Source of the DNA: an uncultured Nitrospirota bacterium
Lineage (GTDB): Bacteria > Nitrospirota > Nitrospiria > JACRHA01
Direction of reading: 5' to 3'
Assembly (NCBI GenBank): GCA_964648095.1
Contig: CAZYNY010000032.1
Coordinates: 724-24,723, forward strand
DNA: 24,000 nucleotides
The notes beneath the pieces were generated by a model. It made no database searches and had not been told where the DNA came from. It worked only from the letters and a program-made list of their open reading frames with translations. The translations under genes were made by a program, and so were the position numbers. Positions 1 to 7,067 of the stretch are shown here, piece after piece; the stretch's first letter is position 1; each line of letters starts with the position of its first letter.

Positions 1-145
1 CGATCTTCTGATGCCGGAAGGTTGGTGATGGCGTCATATTATAGGCCTCTCCATTAATCACCTCCCATCTTTCCTCCTCCAGCCAGATAAGATAGTCCTG
101 CCACGTATATTTTCTGTCTCCCTTCTTTTTAAGTTTGTTTCCCAT
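1..145 (-). CDS. Uma2 family endonuclease (DUF820), N-terminal fragment; the gene continues beyond the window start
   Basis: The reverse complement of 1-145 starts at ATG (143-145) and reads MGNKLKKKGDRKYTWQDYLIWLEEERWEVINGEAYNMTPSPTFRHQKI. The Y-x-x-x-DYL, E-x-x-R-x-E-hI-x-GE and M-x-P-x-P-x-x-x-H pattern is the conserved N-terminus of Uma2/DUF820 putative restriction endonucleases. It is missing from the ORF track because the window edge truncates it. Confidence 0.6.
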   Translation of the reverse strand, partial: MGNKLKKKGDRKYTWQDYLIWLEEERWEVINGEAYNMTPSPTFRHQKI

Positions 146-177
146 GATGTATAGCTTTTTCAGGCTTTTCTGAGGAT

Positions 178-206
178 AAAATAGCAGGATGAGATTTCTC
201 TGTCAA
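178..206 (-). promoter_or_regulatory. Candidate sigma-70 promoter for the Uma2 gene
   Basis: On the minus strand: TTGACA (rc of 201-206), a 17-nt spacer, then TATTTT (rc of 178-183), about 30 nt upstream of the ATG at 145. The -35 lies inside a perfect 8-bp inverted repeat, CTGTCAAT-N7-ATTGACAG (200-222), which could be an operator. Confidence 0.3.
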
Positions 207-481
207 TGCCTGATATTGACAGGGGCAATGTATTATAGCAAACGCAAGAATTATAGTTACATGTTAGCGGGATGTGCAATTTAATTTAAAATCCCCCTTG
301 GTCCCCCTTCTCCAAAGGGGGAGACCCTTTTTCCCCTCTTTCGGAAAACCTGCCGGCAGGCAGGCAAGGGCTAGGGGAGATTTATTGAACTTGAATTAAT
401 GCGTTTGTATTAGCCCCACCGGAACTTTTGAAAAGGTGCTTGAAGGAAAGGTGGCTGAGAATAAAAGTGAAGAGGTAGATT

Positions 482-501
482 TGTCGGAAAAATAGACACG
501 G
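482..501. promoter_or_regulatory. Upstream dyad repeat, copy 1 (candidate enhancer/UAS)
   Basis: TGTCGGAAAAATAGACACGG is an exact 20-nt match to 615-634. It contains the dyad TGTC-N9-GACA and lies about 250 bp upstream of the sigma-54 -24 element. Confidence 0.4.
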
Positions 502-611
502 ATTTAACCTTATTAACTCACTTATTCTGGACAAACTAGCCAGTCAAAATGACTAATCATTTTAAAATCAATCACTTATAAAACAATACTATGCATCATT
601 GATAGAAAAAA

Positions 612-634
612 CCGTGTCGGAAAAATAGACACGG
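612..634. promoter_or_regulatory. Upstream dyad repeat, copy 2 (candidate enhancer/UAS)
   Basis: CCGTGTC-GGAAAAATA-GACACGG is a perfect 7-9-7 palindrome. Positions 615-634 are identical to 482-501. Its centre lies about 118 bp upstream of the -24 GG, the usual distance for bacterial enhancer-binding-protein sites. Confidence 0.45.
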
Positions 635-698
635 GCCTTTATCCTAACAATACCAAGATAAGATCTGCGAATCAAAAAAAAGCTTAATTTACTATATT

Positions 699-711
699 TA
701 TCAATAAGTTA
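699..711 (+). promoter_or_regulatory. IHF-like bending site between the UAS and the sigma-54 promoter
   Basis: TATCAATAAGTTA fits the IHF core WATCAANNNNTTR and is preceded by an A/T tract. A second match (AATCAATCACTTA, 566-578) lies between the two dyad copies. Confidence 0.3.
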
Positions 712-740
712 TAAAGTCTACCTTTTGTTAATGCTAAACA

Positions 741-756
741 TGGCATGCCCATTGCT
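741..756 (+). promoter_or_regulatory. Sigma-54 (RpoN) -24/-12 promoter
   Basis: TGGCATGcccaTTGCT compared with the consensus TGGCACG-N4-TTGCW. GG (742-743) and GC (754-755) are separated by exactly 10 nt. The only core deviation is C to T at position 6. The predicted TSS near 767 gives a ~50-nt leader to the ATG at 819. Confidence 0.65.
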
Positions 757-818
757 TATTTAATTCAGCATGTATGGAAAGTTTGGAAATAAAATTAGAC
801 AAAGAAGGGGTTGAAAAA

Positions 819-1439
819 ATGAAAAGGATGCTTATTTTTATAAGCATAATGGTTATTTTTGTAGCATCTGCAATTGCCATGCTGAGCGGGCCTGCCCATG
901 CAGTCCTTTATACCCTGGACAACTGGAATGTTACAGAACTGAATGCCAGCGGCGACACGGTAACAGTGGACGTTGGTACCAGTGGTAGTAATACTACACT
1001 CACCGTCAATTGGGTTTCAGGAGATCCTAGCTCTCCGAATGCAATAGGTCTCGATATGTTTGGGTATGACTCCAGCACAACAGTACTCTCTGTGAGCGGT
1101 AATAATACGTCGTGGAGCTTTAATTTTGGTGGGACAAACTATGACGGCTTCGGCAGCTTTGCAAGCCACAAGGACTTGGGTTCGGGAGAAACCTCTCTGT
1201 CGTTGGTCTTTACGTTAAATGGTATTGCGAGCTTTGGCACGACGACGGATGCAAGTGACTTTGTTGCCCATGTCAGGTATGATAGTAACTGCTCTGGTTT
1301 TGTCTCTGGCCGCACATCAACATCAACCTCGTCGGATTCAAACTGCGCGTCGCAGGTCCCTGAGCCTTCTACCCTGCTTCTTCTTGGCTCCGGTCTAGTG
1401 GGCCTTGGGTTCTGGGTAAGGAAGAGGGTAATAGGGTAA
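819..1439 (+). CDS. PEP-CTERM sorting domain-containing secreted protein
   Basis: The C-terminus VPEPSTLLLLGSGLVGLGFWVRKRVIG is the classic PEP motif, hydrophobic helix and basic cluster. The N-terminus MKRMLIFISIMVIFVASAIAMLSGPAHA is a signal peptide with an AHA cleavage site. The body is rich in Ser, Thr, Gly and Asn. I prefer the start at 819 over the ORF-track start at 774, because AGAAGGGG lies 8 nt upstream and the signal peptide begins there. Confidence 0.9.
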   Translation: MKRMLIFISIMVIFVASAIAMLSGPAHAVLYTLDNWNVTELNASGDTVTVDVGTSGSNTTLTVNWVSGDPSSPNAIGLDMFGYDSSTTVLSVSGNNTSWSFNFGGTNYDGFGSFASHKDLGSGETSLSLVFTLNGIASFGTTTDASDFVAHVRYDSNCSGFVSGRTSTSTSSDSNCASQVPEPSTLLLLGSGLVGLGFWVRKRVIG

Positions 1440-1467
1440 GCAAGTTTCCAAGACAAGAAAAATCTTC

Positions 1468-1503
1468 AAAACCCCCCGGTCTTATGCCGGGGGTTTTGTT
1501 TTT
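1468..1503 (+). terminator. Rho-independent terminator of the PEP-CTERM gene
   Basis: A GC stem, CCCCCGG (1473-1479) paired with CCGGGGG (1487-1493), has a 7-nt loop. It is followed by TTTTGTTTTT (1494-1503) and preceded by an A-tract. Confidence 0.8.
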
Positions 1504-1574
1504 ACACTTGGCTCCGATACATCTATTTAATGGCCAGCACTCTTAAAATTTAATACCATGTTCTGCACAAGGTG

Positions 1575-1603
1575 TTGACTGCTATGGATAATATTGCTAT
1601 AGT
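1575..1603 (+). promoter_or_regulatory. Sigma-70 promoter of bamD (leaderless geometry)
   Basis: TTGACT (1575-1580), a 17-nt spacer, then TATAGT (1598-1603). The ORF's ATG at 1610 follows the -10 by only 6 nt. Confidence 0.55.
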
Positions 1604-1609
1604 CTCCTT

Positions 1610-2359
1610 ATGAATGACAGGTGGATGCCATGCACGATAAAATCGTGGAACTTATTGCCGGCCTTAATACTATTTTTGACTATCTTTTTCGGCTGTGCCA
1701 CAAAGGAACCTGATTATGGCGCAGATATACGTTCAGAATTGGGGGTCGATGAAAATATCCCCCAGGCAACCGAGGGGAGCATAGAGAGGTATTATGACCC
1801 AATTACCATATTAAAGAGGGGTGAGGCCTTCTACGGAAAGGGGGAATATTCGGAGGCAATAGATGAATATAAACACTTTGTGTCCCTTCATGCCCGTCAT
1901 AAGTTTGCAGATTATGCCCAGTTTAAACTGGGCTTGAGCCATATAAAGCTGTCCGGGACAACAGACAGGGACCCGGAACCATTTAAAAATGCCCTCCAGG
2001 CCTTTAAAAAACTGCTGGCCGATTATCCCACTACAAAATATCAGGCCGAGGCAACAGAGAAGATTAAATTCTGCCGTGAGAATCTCGCAAGTCACGAATT
2101 ATATGTGGGCAGTTATTACTATAACCAGGAAAAATATACTGCTGCGATTTACAGATTCAAGAGGATTACTGAAGAGTATGGCGATACAGGGGTGATGGAT
2201 GACGCATTTTATATGATGGCAATCTCTTATAAAAGGCTTGGTGATAGTACCCGTGCAGAAAAAAGCCTGAGAGACCTCTTAAGTAATAACCCTGACTCCA
2301 GACAAAAGGAGAGGGCAGAGAAACTCCTTACCAGCCTGAATGGGAAAAAGGATCTTTAG
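1610..2359 (+). CDS. bamD: Outer membrane protein assembly factor BamD (TPR lipoprotein)
   Basis: There is a lipoprotein-like signal ending in FFGC. The TPR-like body carries the BamD-typical segment ALQAFKKLLADYPTTKYQAEATEKIKFCRENLASHELYVGSYYYNQEKYTAAIYRFKRITEEYGDT, and the length is typical of BamD. An alternative in-frame start exists at 1625. Confidence 0.8.
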   Translation: MNDRWMPCTIKSWNLLPALILFLTIFFGCATKEPDYGADIRSELGVDENIPQATEGSIERYYDPITILKRGEAFYGKGEYSEAIDEYKHFVSLHARHKFADYAQFKLGLSHIKLSGTTDRDPEPFKNALQAFKKLLADYPTTKYQAEATEKIKFCRENLASHELYVGSYYYNQEKYTAAIYRFKRITEEYGDTGVMDDAFYMMAISYKRLGDSTRAEKSLRDLLSNNPDSRQKERAEKLLTSLNGKKDL

Positions 2360-2383
2360 AAGCCTCCTCCAGGTCTTTCTTGC

Positions 2384-3607
2384 TTACCCTCCTCCACCCT
2401 TGAACACGTTGATCAGGTTCCACCACGGGAGAAAGATGGCGAGGGCAAGGAAGAGTATGACTCCTCCGATAACTGTAAGGAGTATAGGTTCAATGGCCGA
2501 GGAGAGATTACGCAAGGCATAATCTACATCGGTATCATAATAGTCCGATACCTTCATCAGCATCTCCTCCATCCTGCCCGACTCCTCCCCTATTGCCACC
2601 ATCTGGATAACCACCGGAGGGAAGACCTTACTCACCCTCATTGGCTGCACAATCCCCCTCCCCTGCCTGACGCTGTCCCTTATATTATCCACTGTTCTTG
2701 AAATAATTACATTCCCAACAGTATTCGATACTATCTCAAGGGTCTGGAGGATCGGCAGGCCGGACCTGGTCAGGGTTCCGAATACCCGCGAAAACCTCGA
2801 CATGGCGGTCTTTAAAAAGATCGGTCCGAATACGGGAAGCTTTAGCTTCAGACTATCCAGCTGGACCCTTCCTTTTTCTGTCCTTATATACCGTCTCAGT
2901 AGGAAAACCACAGTAATTATTGAGATCAATCCTACATGCCAATAGTTTGTGACAGCATAATTGATTCCTATAAGTATCCTTGTAGGGAGAGGAAGCTTTA
3001 CCTTGAAATTTGCATAGAGGGCCGCAAACCTCGGTATCACAAAGGTAACAAGTATTATGAATGCCACAACCAGGGAGAAGATGACGATCTTGGGATATCT
3101 TGTGGCAGACTTGATCCTAGCCCTTGTTTCTGCCTCATGCTCTGCCAGGGAGGCAAGTCGCTCCAGGATCTCATCAAGGACACCGCCGGCCTCACCTGCC
3201 ATTATCATGTTGATATATAGATTGCTGAATATATCCGGATGCTTAGCCAGGGCATCCGATAAGGAACTCCCTCCCTCCACATCCTTCCTGACGTGAGTTA
3301 TGACCCTCCTGAGCCTCTTGTTTTCTGTCTGTTCTATCAGGGCATCAAAGCTTGCAATAAAAGGAAGACCTGCGCTTATCAATGTGGCAAGCTGTCTTGA
3401 GAAGACTATCATATCCTGGGCATGTACAATCTGAAACTTATCGAAGAAATCAGGGGAGAATATCCCCTCTTTTACCTCTTCGATTAAGACAGGGAAATAA
3501 CCGAGATTGTCCAACTGGCCTGCCACCTCGTCCCTCCCTGCTGTATCGATGATGCCTGTGAACAGGGCGCCATACTTATCCCTGGCCTTATAACGAAAGG
3601 TTGGCAT
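2384..3607 (-). CDS. pilC: Type IV pilus / type II secretion platform protein (GspF/PilC family)
   Basis: At 407 aa it has the two-repeat T2SS-F architecture and three TM segments. Typical blocks include FSRQLATLISAGLPF and FSRVFGTLTRSGLPILQTLEIV. It lies 4 nt downstream of the cognate ATPase gene. Confidence 0.88.
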   Translation of the reverse strand: MPTFRYKARDKYGALFTGIIDTAGRDEVAGQLDNLGYFPVLIEEVKEGIFSPDFFDKFQIVHAQDMIVFSRQLATLISAGLPFIASFDALIEQTENKRLRRVITHVRKDVEGGSSLSDALAKHPDIFSNLYINMIMAGEAGGVLDEILERLASLAEHEAETRARIKSATRYPKIVIFSLVVAFIILVTFVIPRFAALYANFKVKLPLPTRILIGINYAVTNYWHVGLISIITVVFLLRRYIRTEKGRVQLDSLKLKLPVFGPIFLKTAMSRFSRVFGTLTRSGLPILQTLEIVSNTVGNVIISRTVDNIRDSVRQGRGIVQPMRVSKVFPPVVIQMVAIGEESGRMEEMLMKVSDYYDTDVDYALRNLSSAIEPILLTVIGGVILFLALAIFLPWWNLINVFKGGGG

Positions 3608-3611
3608 AACG

Positions 3612-5309
3612 CTACTCTTCTACCTCTTGGGTAACCCTCAATACCTCCTCTACCGTCGTCAGCCCCTTCACTGCCTTTTTTATTCCCTCTTCTCTTAATG
3701 TCACAAAACCGTTTGAGATTGCATGGGACCTTATGGCACTTGATGAGGCCTTGGACGCTATAAGGTTCCTTATCCCCTCATCTATACTTAAGAGTTCGTA
3801 GATCCCGTCCCTCCCTGCATATCCGGTAGACCTGCATTCCTGACATCCCTCTCCCTTCATAAAGGAGACATCAACCATCTTTACTCCAAGGCTTTTCAAG
3901 AGATCATTCGGCGGCTGATAGGCCTTTTTGCACCGCGGACAGATCCTCCTGATAAGTCTCTGTGCCACTACGCAAAGGAGTGATGAGGCAACGAGAAACG
4001 GCTCAGCCCCCATATCCACAAGCCGGACTATTGCGCCTGCCGCATCATTTGTATGAAGGGTAGAGAGTACCAGATGCCCTGTAAGGGCTGCCTGGATGGC
4101 AATGGTGGCCGTCTCTCTGTCCCTGATCTCACCGACCATGATTATGTCCGGATCCTGTCTTAAGATCGACCTGAGGCCGGTAGCAAAGGTAACACCCACC
4201 TTGGGATAAACCTGCACCTGGTTTACTACCTTAAGCTGGTATTCTACCGGATCCTCAATGGTGATTATATTTTTGTCTATAGAGTTGATGCTGTTTAGCG
4301 CCGCGTATAATGTGGTTGTCTTGCCGCTTCCCGTGGGTCCCGTAACAAGGATCAGGCCATAGGGTCTCCTTATCATGCCCGAAAACCTCTTGAATGTATC
4401 AGATGAGAACCCGATCTCCCCGAGTCCAAGTTTGATGCTGCTCTTATCAAGGAGCCGCATAACTATCTTCTCCCCGAATATGGTCGGTAGCGTAGAAAGC
4501 CTCAGATCTATATCCTTCTCCCCTATCCTCATCTGTATCCTGCCATCCTGCGGGACCCTCTTCTCGGAGATATCTAGGTCTGCCATAATCTTTATTCTTG
4601 ATATAACCCCTGCGTGAAGATGCTTTGGTATAGACATCACCTCATGGAGCATTCCATCTACCCGGTACCTGATTCTCAACAGATCCTGATCAGGTTCAAT
4701 ATGGATGTCAGAGGCCCCATCCCTGACGGCCTGCATGATCATCGTATTTACGAGTTTTATTACCGGGGTATCGTCTGCTATCTTCTCAAGATCCACGACC
4801 TGTTCACCAGTGGTCTGGCCATATCCCTCCATGTCCATATCCCTTGCTGCTTCTTCCATGGTCGGTTTCGAACTATAGAACCTGTCTATGGCCTTTAAAA
4901 GGTCCCCCTCCGTACTTACCACAGGGTGTATATCAAGCCCTGCAAGCCTCCTTATATCATCTATGGCAAATACATTGAGGGGGTCTACCATGGCTACTGT
5001 AAGCGCCTTATCCCTTTTGGATATCGGCATCACCTGATACCTCCTTGCCAATGTCTCGGGGATAACCTTGAGTAGATCCGGATCTATAATTACGTTCGCA
5101 AGGACCACATGCTGGATACCGAGCTGTTTGCCGAGGACCTTAATGATATCCTCTTCCGTTACAAACCCAAGCCCCTTAAGGATGCTTCCTATGCGCCCGC
5201 CATGCTGTTTCTGTTCGGTGAGCGCCCGCTCAAGCTGTTCTTTTGACAGGAGCCCCTCGGCAATAAGCATCTCACCGAGCATCTTTCTTTTCTGTTGCGG
5301 AAGAGGCAT
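3612..5309 (-). CDS. pilB: Type IV pilus assembly ATPase (GspE/PilB family) with an N-terminal MshEN-type domain
   Basis: The 565-aa protein has Walker A GPTGSGKTTT, Asp/His boxes (MVGEIRD, TGHLVLSTLHTN) and the tetracysteine CPRC...CQEC. The N-terminus carries tandem LGxxLLxxGLLxxxxLxxxLxxQ motifs. A strong RBS, AAGGAGGG, lies 6 nt upstream of the ATG. Confidence 0.9.
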   Translation of the reverse strand: MPLPQQKRKMLGEMLIAEGLLSKEQLERALTEQKQHGGRIGSILKGLGFVTEEDIIKVLGKQLGIQHVVLANVIIDPDLLKVIPETLARRYQVMPISKRDKALTVAMVDPLNVFAIDDIRRLAGLDIHPVVSTEGDLLKAIDRFYSSKPTMEEAARDMDMEGYGQTTGEQVVDLEKIADDTPVIKLVNTMIMQAVRDGASDIHIEPDQDLLRIRYRVDGMLHEVMSIPKHLHAGVISRIKIMADLDISEKRVPQDGRIQMRIGEKDIDLRLSTLPTIFGEKIVMRLLDKSSIKLGLGEIGFSSDTFKRFSGMIRRPYGLILVTGPTGSGKTTTLYAALNSINSIDKNIITIEDPVEYQLKVVNQVQVYPKVGVTFATGLRSILRQDPDIIMVGEIRDRETATIAIQAALTGHLVLSTLHTNDAAGAIVRLVDMGAEPFLVASSLLCVVAQRLIRRICPRCKKAYQPPNDLLKSLGVKMVDVSFMKGEGCQECRSTGYAGRDGIYELLSIDEGIRNLIASKASSSAIRSHAISNGFVTLREEGIKKAVKGLTTVEEVLRVTQEVEE

Positions 5310-5328
5310 TTAAAACCCTCCTTGAAAT

Positions 5329-5386
5329 ACAGGGTGTAGGGTGTAGGGTTTACCCCCTGTACCCTGTACCCTGTACCCTACCCCCT
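5329..5386. repeat. Heptad tandem repeats forming opposed G-tract and C-tract arms (hairpin / G-quadruplex motif)
   Basis: On the plus strand, AGGGTGT AGGGTGT AGGGT (5331-5349) is followed by CCCCCTGT ACCCTGT ACCCTGT ACCCTA CCCCC (5353-5385). The minus strand therefore reads G5-UA-G3-UACA-G3-UACA-G3-UACA-G5. The element overlaps the last codons of the epimerase gene and ends about 20 nt upstream of the pilB ATG at 5309. Confidence 0.8.
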
Positions 5387-6315
5387 ATCTTTTTGGGTCT
5401 GTCCTTTCTAAAATATTCAACCGTCCTTCTGAGCCCCTCTTCAAGATCCACCCTGGGCTCCCAATCAAGGGCCTTCTTAAGCTTTGTCGGATCGAGCAGG
5501 CTCCTGCTCTGCTCCCCCTTCTTGGCAGGCCCATATACCGCTTTTAAATCCAAACCTAATACCTGCCTCAAGAGATCAAAGAGACTATTTACCGATATCT
5601 CCCTTCCGGTCCCGACATTAAATACATCCTCTGCCTTTTTCGTGATCACTGCCATATTTGCATCCACAACATCATCAACATATACATAGTCCCTGGTCTG
5701 CATACCGTTGCCGTTGATTACAGGCTGACCTTCCTTCAGCATCTTCTGCGCAAAGATGGCCACAACCCCGGCCTCGCCAAATGGATCCTGTCTTGGCCCA
5801 TAGACATTTGCATATCTCAGGACGGAGTATCTAAGACCGTATGATTTCTTGTAAAAATAGAGGTACTGCTCGGATGTAAGCTTAGTGACACCATAAGGAG
5901 AAATAGGGCATGTCGGATGCTCCTCTGAGGCAGGAAAGAACCTCTGCTCTCCATATACCGTACCTCCTGATGAGGCAAAGACCAGAAACTTGGTCCCGTA
6001 TCGCACTGCATTCTCAAGGATATTCAAAAAGCCTAGGATATTGACCTGGGCATCAAAGATAGGGTCTTCAACAGACCTCCTCACATCTATCTGGGCCGCA
6101 TGGTGGCTCACAATATCAAATCTCTCTTTTTTGAACAGACCTTCCAGTCTGGGACTCAGTATGTCCATCTTATAAAACCTTGCCCGTTTGTTAATATTTT
6201 CCTTCTTTCCGGTTGAAAGATTATCCACCACAGTAACTTCGTGTCCCTCCTCAATTAATCTGTCAGCAAGATGAGACCCGATAAATCCCGCACCTCCTGT
6301 TACCAATGCCTTCAT
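5350..6315 (-). CDS. NAD-dependent epimerase/dehydratase, extended SDR family (GalE-like UDP-sugar 4-epimerase)
   Basis: It has the N-terminal Rossmann motif TGGAGFIGSH and the catalytic YxxxK in SPYGVTKLTSEQY. Its length is typical of GalE-like extended SDRs. The C-terminal tail GGRVQGTGYRG is encoded by the heptad repeat and may be fortuitous. Its start overlaps the tlyA stop (ATGA). Confidence 0.85.
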   Translation of the reverse strand: MKALVTGGAGFIGSHLADRLIEEGHEVTVVDNLSTGKKENINKRARFYKMDILSPRLEGLFKKERFDIVSHHAAQIDVRRSVEDPIFDAQVNILGFLNILENAVRYGTKFLVFASSGGTVYGEQRFFPASEEHPTCPISPYGVTKLTSEQYLYFYKKSYGLRYSVLRYANVYGPRQDPFGEAGVVAIFAQKMLKEGQPVINGNGMQTRDYVYVDDVVDANMAVITKKAEDVFNVGTGREISVNSLFDLLRQVLGLDLKAVYGPAKKGEQSRSLLDPTKLKKALDWEPRVDLEEGLRRTVEYFRKDRPKKIGGRVQGTGYRG

Positions 6316-7067
6316 ATCTCTCCTCCCCTCTTCCTAAGGCATATAAAATACTCTTTATTCCCCTTACGGCCCAATATCGGCGAGGCGGTAACACCGGCAA
6401 CAATAAGTCCAAGGCCCCTTGTAAAAGAGATCATATCCTCCACTACGCCCTCCCTCTTCTCCTCATCCCTGATTATCCCTCCCCTGCCGACCTCTCCCTT
6501 TTCTACCTCAAACTGCGGCTTAATAAGCGCCAGTATAATACCCCCGTCCCTCAAAAAGTTGAGTACCTTCGGTATCGCCTTCTTAAGTGAGATAAAAGAG
6601 AGGTCAACCGTTGCAATGTCAATCTCCTCTCCTATTTCCTCCCTGTCCATTTCCCTTATATTTTTCCTCTCCAGGATTACAACCCTGGGATCCGTCCTAA
6701 GGGACCAGGCAAGCAGGCCATATCCGACGTCTATTGCGTAGACCTTCCTTGCCCCCCCCTTTAAAAGACAGTCTGTAAATCCCCCTGTTGATGCCCCGAC
6801 ATCCATGGCAGTCATACCTTTAGGGTCAATGAAGAAAGAACCCAGGGCGGCCTCAAGTTTTATTCCGCCGCGGCCTACATAGGGGATCGCCTTTCCTGTT
6901 AATCTGATTTCGGCAGTCTTCTCCACCATGTTCCCGGCCTTGGAGATCTTCTCTCCGTCAGCAATTACAAGGCCGGACATGACAAGACTCAGCGCAGACT
7001 TCCTGCTATCGGCGAGCCCCCTGTCAACCAGCAGTTGATCTATCCTCTCCTTTAAGCTGGATCCCAT
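6312..7067 (-). CDS. tlyA: TlyA family rRNA (cytidine-2'-O)-methyltransferase
   Basis: It has an S4-like N-terminus ([18 protein letters not shown]) and an FtsJ-type methyltransferase core ([61 protein letters not shown]). Confidence 0.9.
   Translation of the reverse strand: MGSSLKERIDQLLVDRGLADSRKSALSLVMSGLVIADGEKISKAGNMVEKTAEIRLTGKAIPYVGRGGIKLEAALGSFFIDPKGMTAMDVGASTGGFTDCLLKGGARKVYAIDVGYGLLAWSLRTDPRVVILERKNIREMDREEIGEEIDIATVDLSFISLKKAIPKVLNFLRDGGIILALIKPQFEVEKGEVGRGGIIRDEEKREGVVEDMISFTRGLGLIVAGVTASPILGRKGNKEYFICLRKRGGEI

Noticed and set aside
774-818. ORF-track start (MESLEIKLDKEGVEK...) for the PEP-CTERM gene.
   Set aside because: It would place 15 charged residues before the signal peptide, and it begins only ~6 nt after the predicted sigma-54 TSS. 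The ATG at 819 has an RBS and starts the signal peptide.
2360-2383. Bidirectional terminator expected between the convergent bamD and pilC genes.
   Set aside because: The gap is only 24 nt and has no stem-loop or T-run, so nothing can be called.
6271-6741. Plus-strand ORFs of 156 and 94 aa opposite tlyA.
   Set aside because: They are antisense to tlyA and are low-complexity Ser/Pro/Leu-rich translations.
7024-7067. The 44-nt dxs/tlyA overlap as a possible frameshift or assembly error.
   Set aside because: Both proteins are complete and motif-intact. The TlyA N-terminus aligns from its first Met, and the Dxs tail is merely a non-conserved extension. Overlaps are the norm in this operon.
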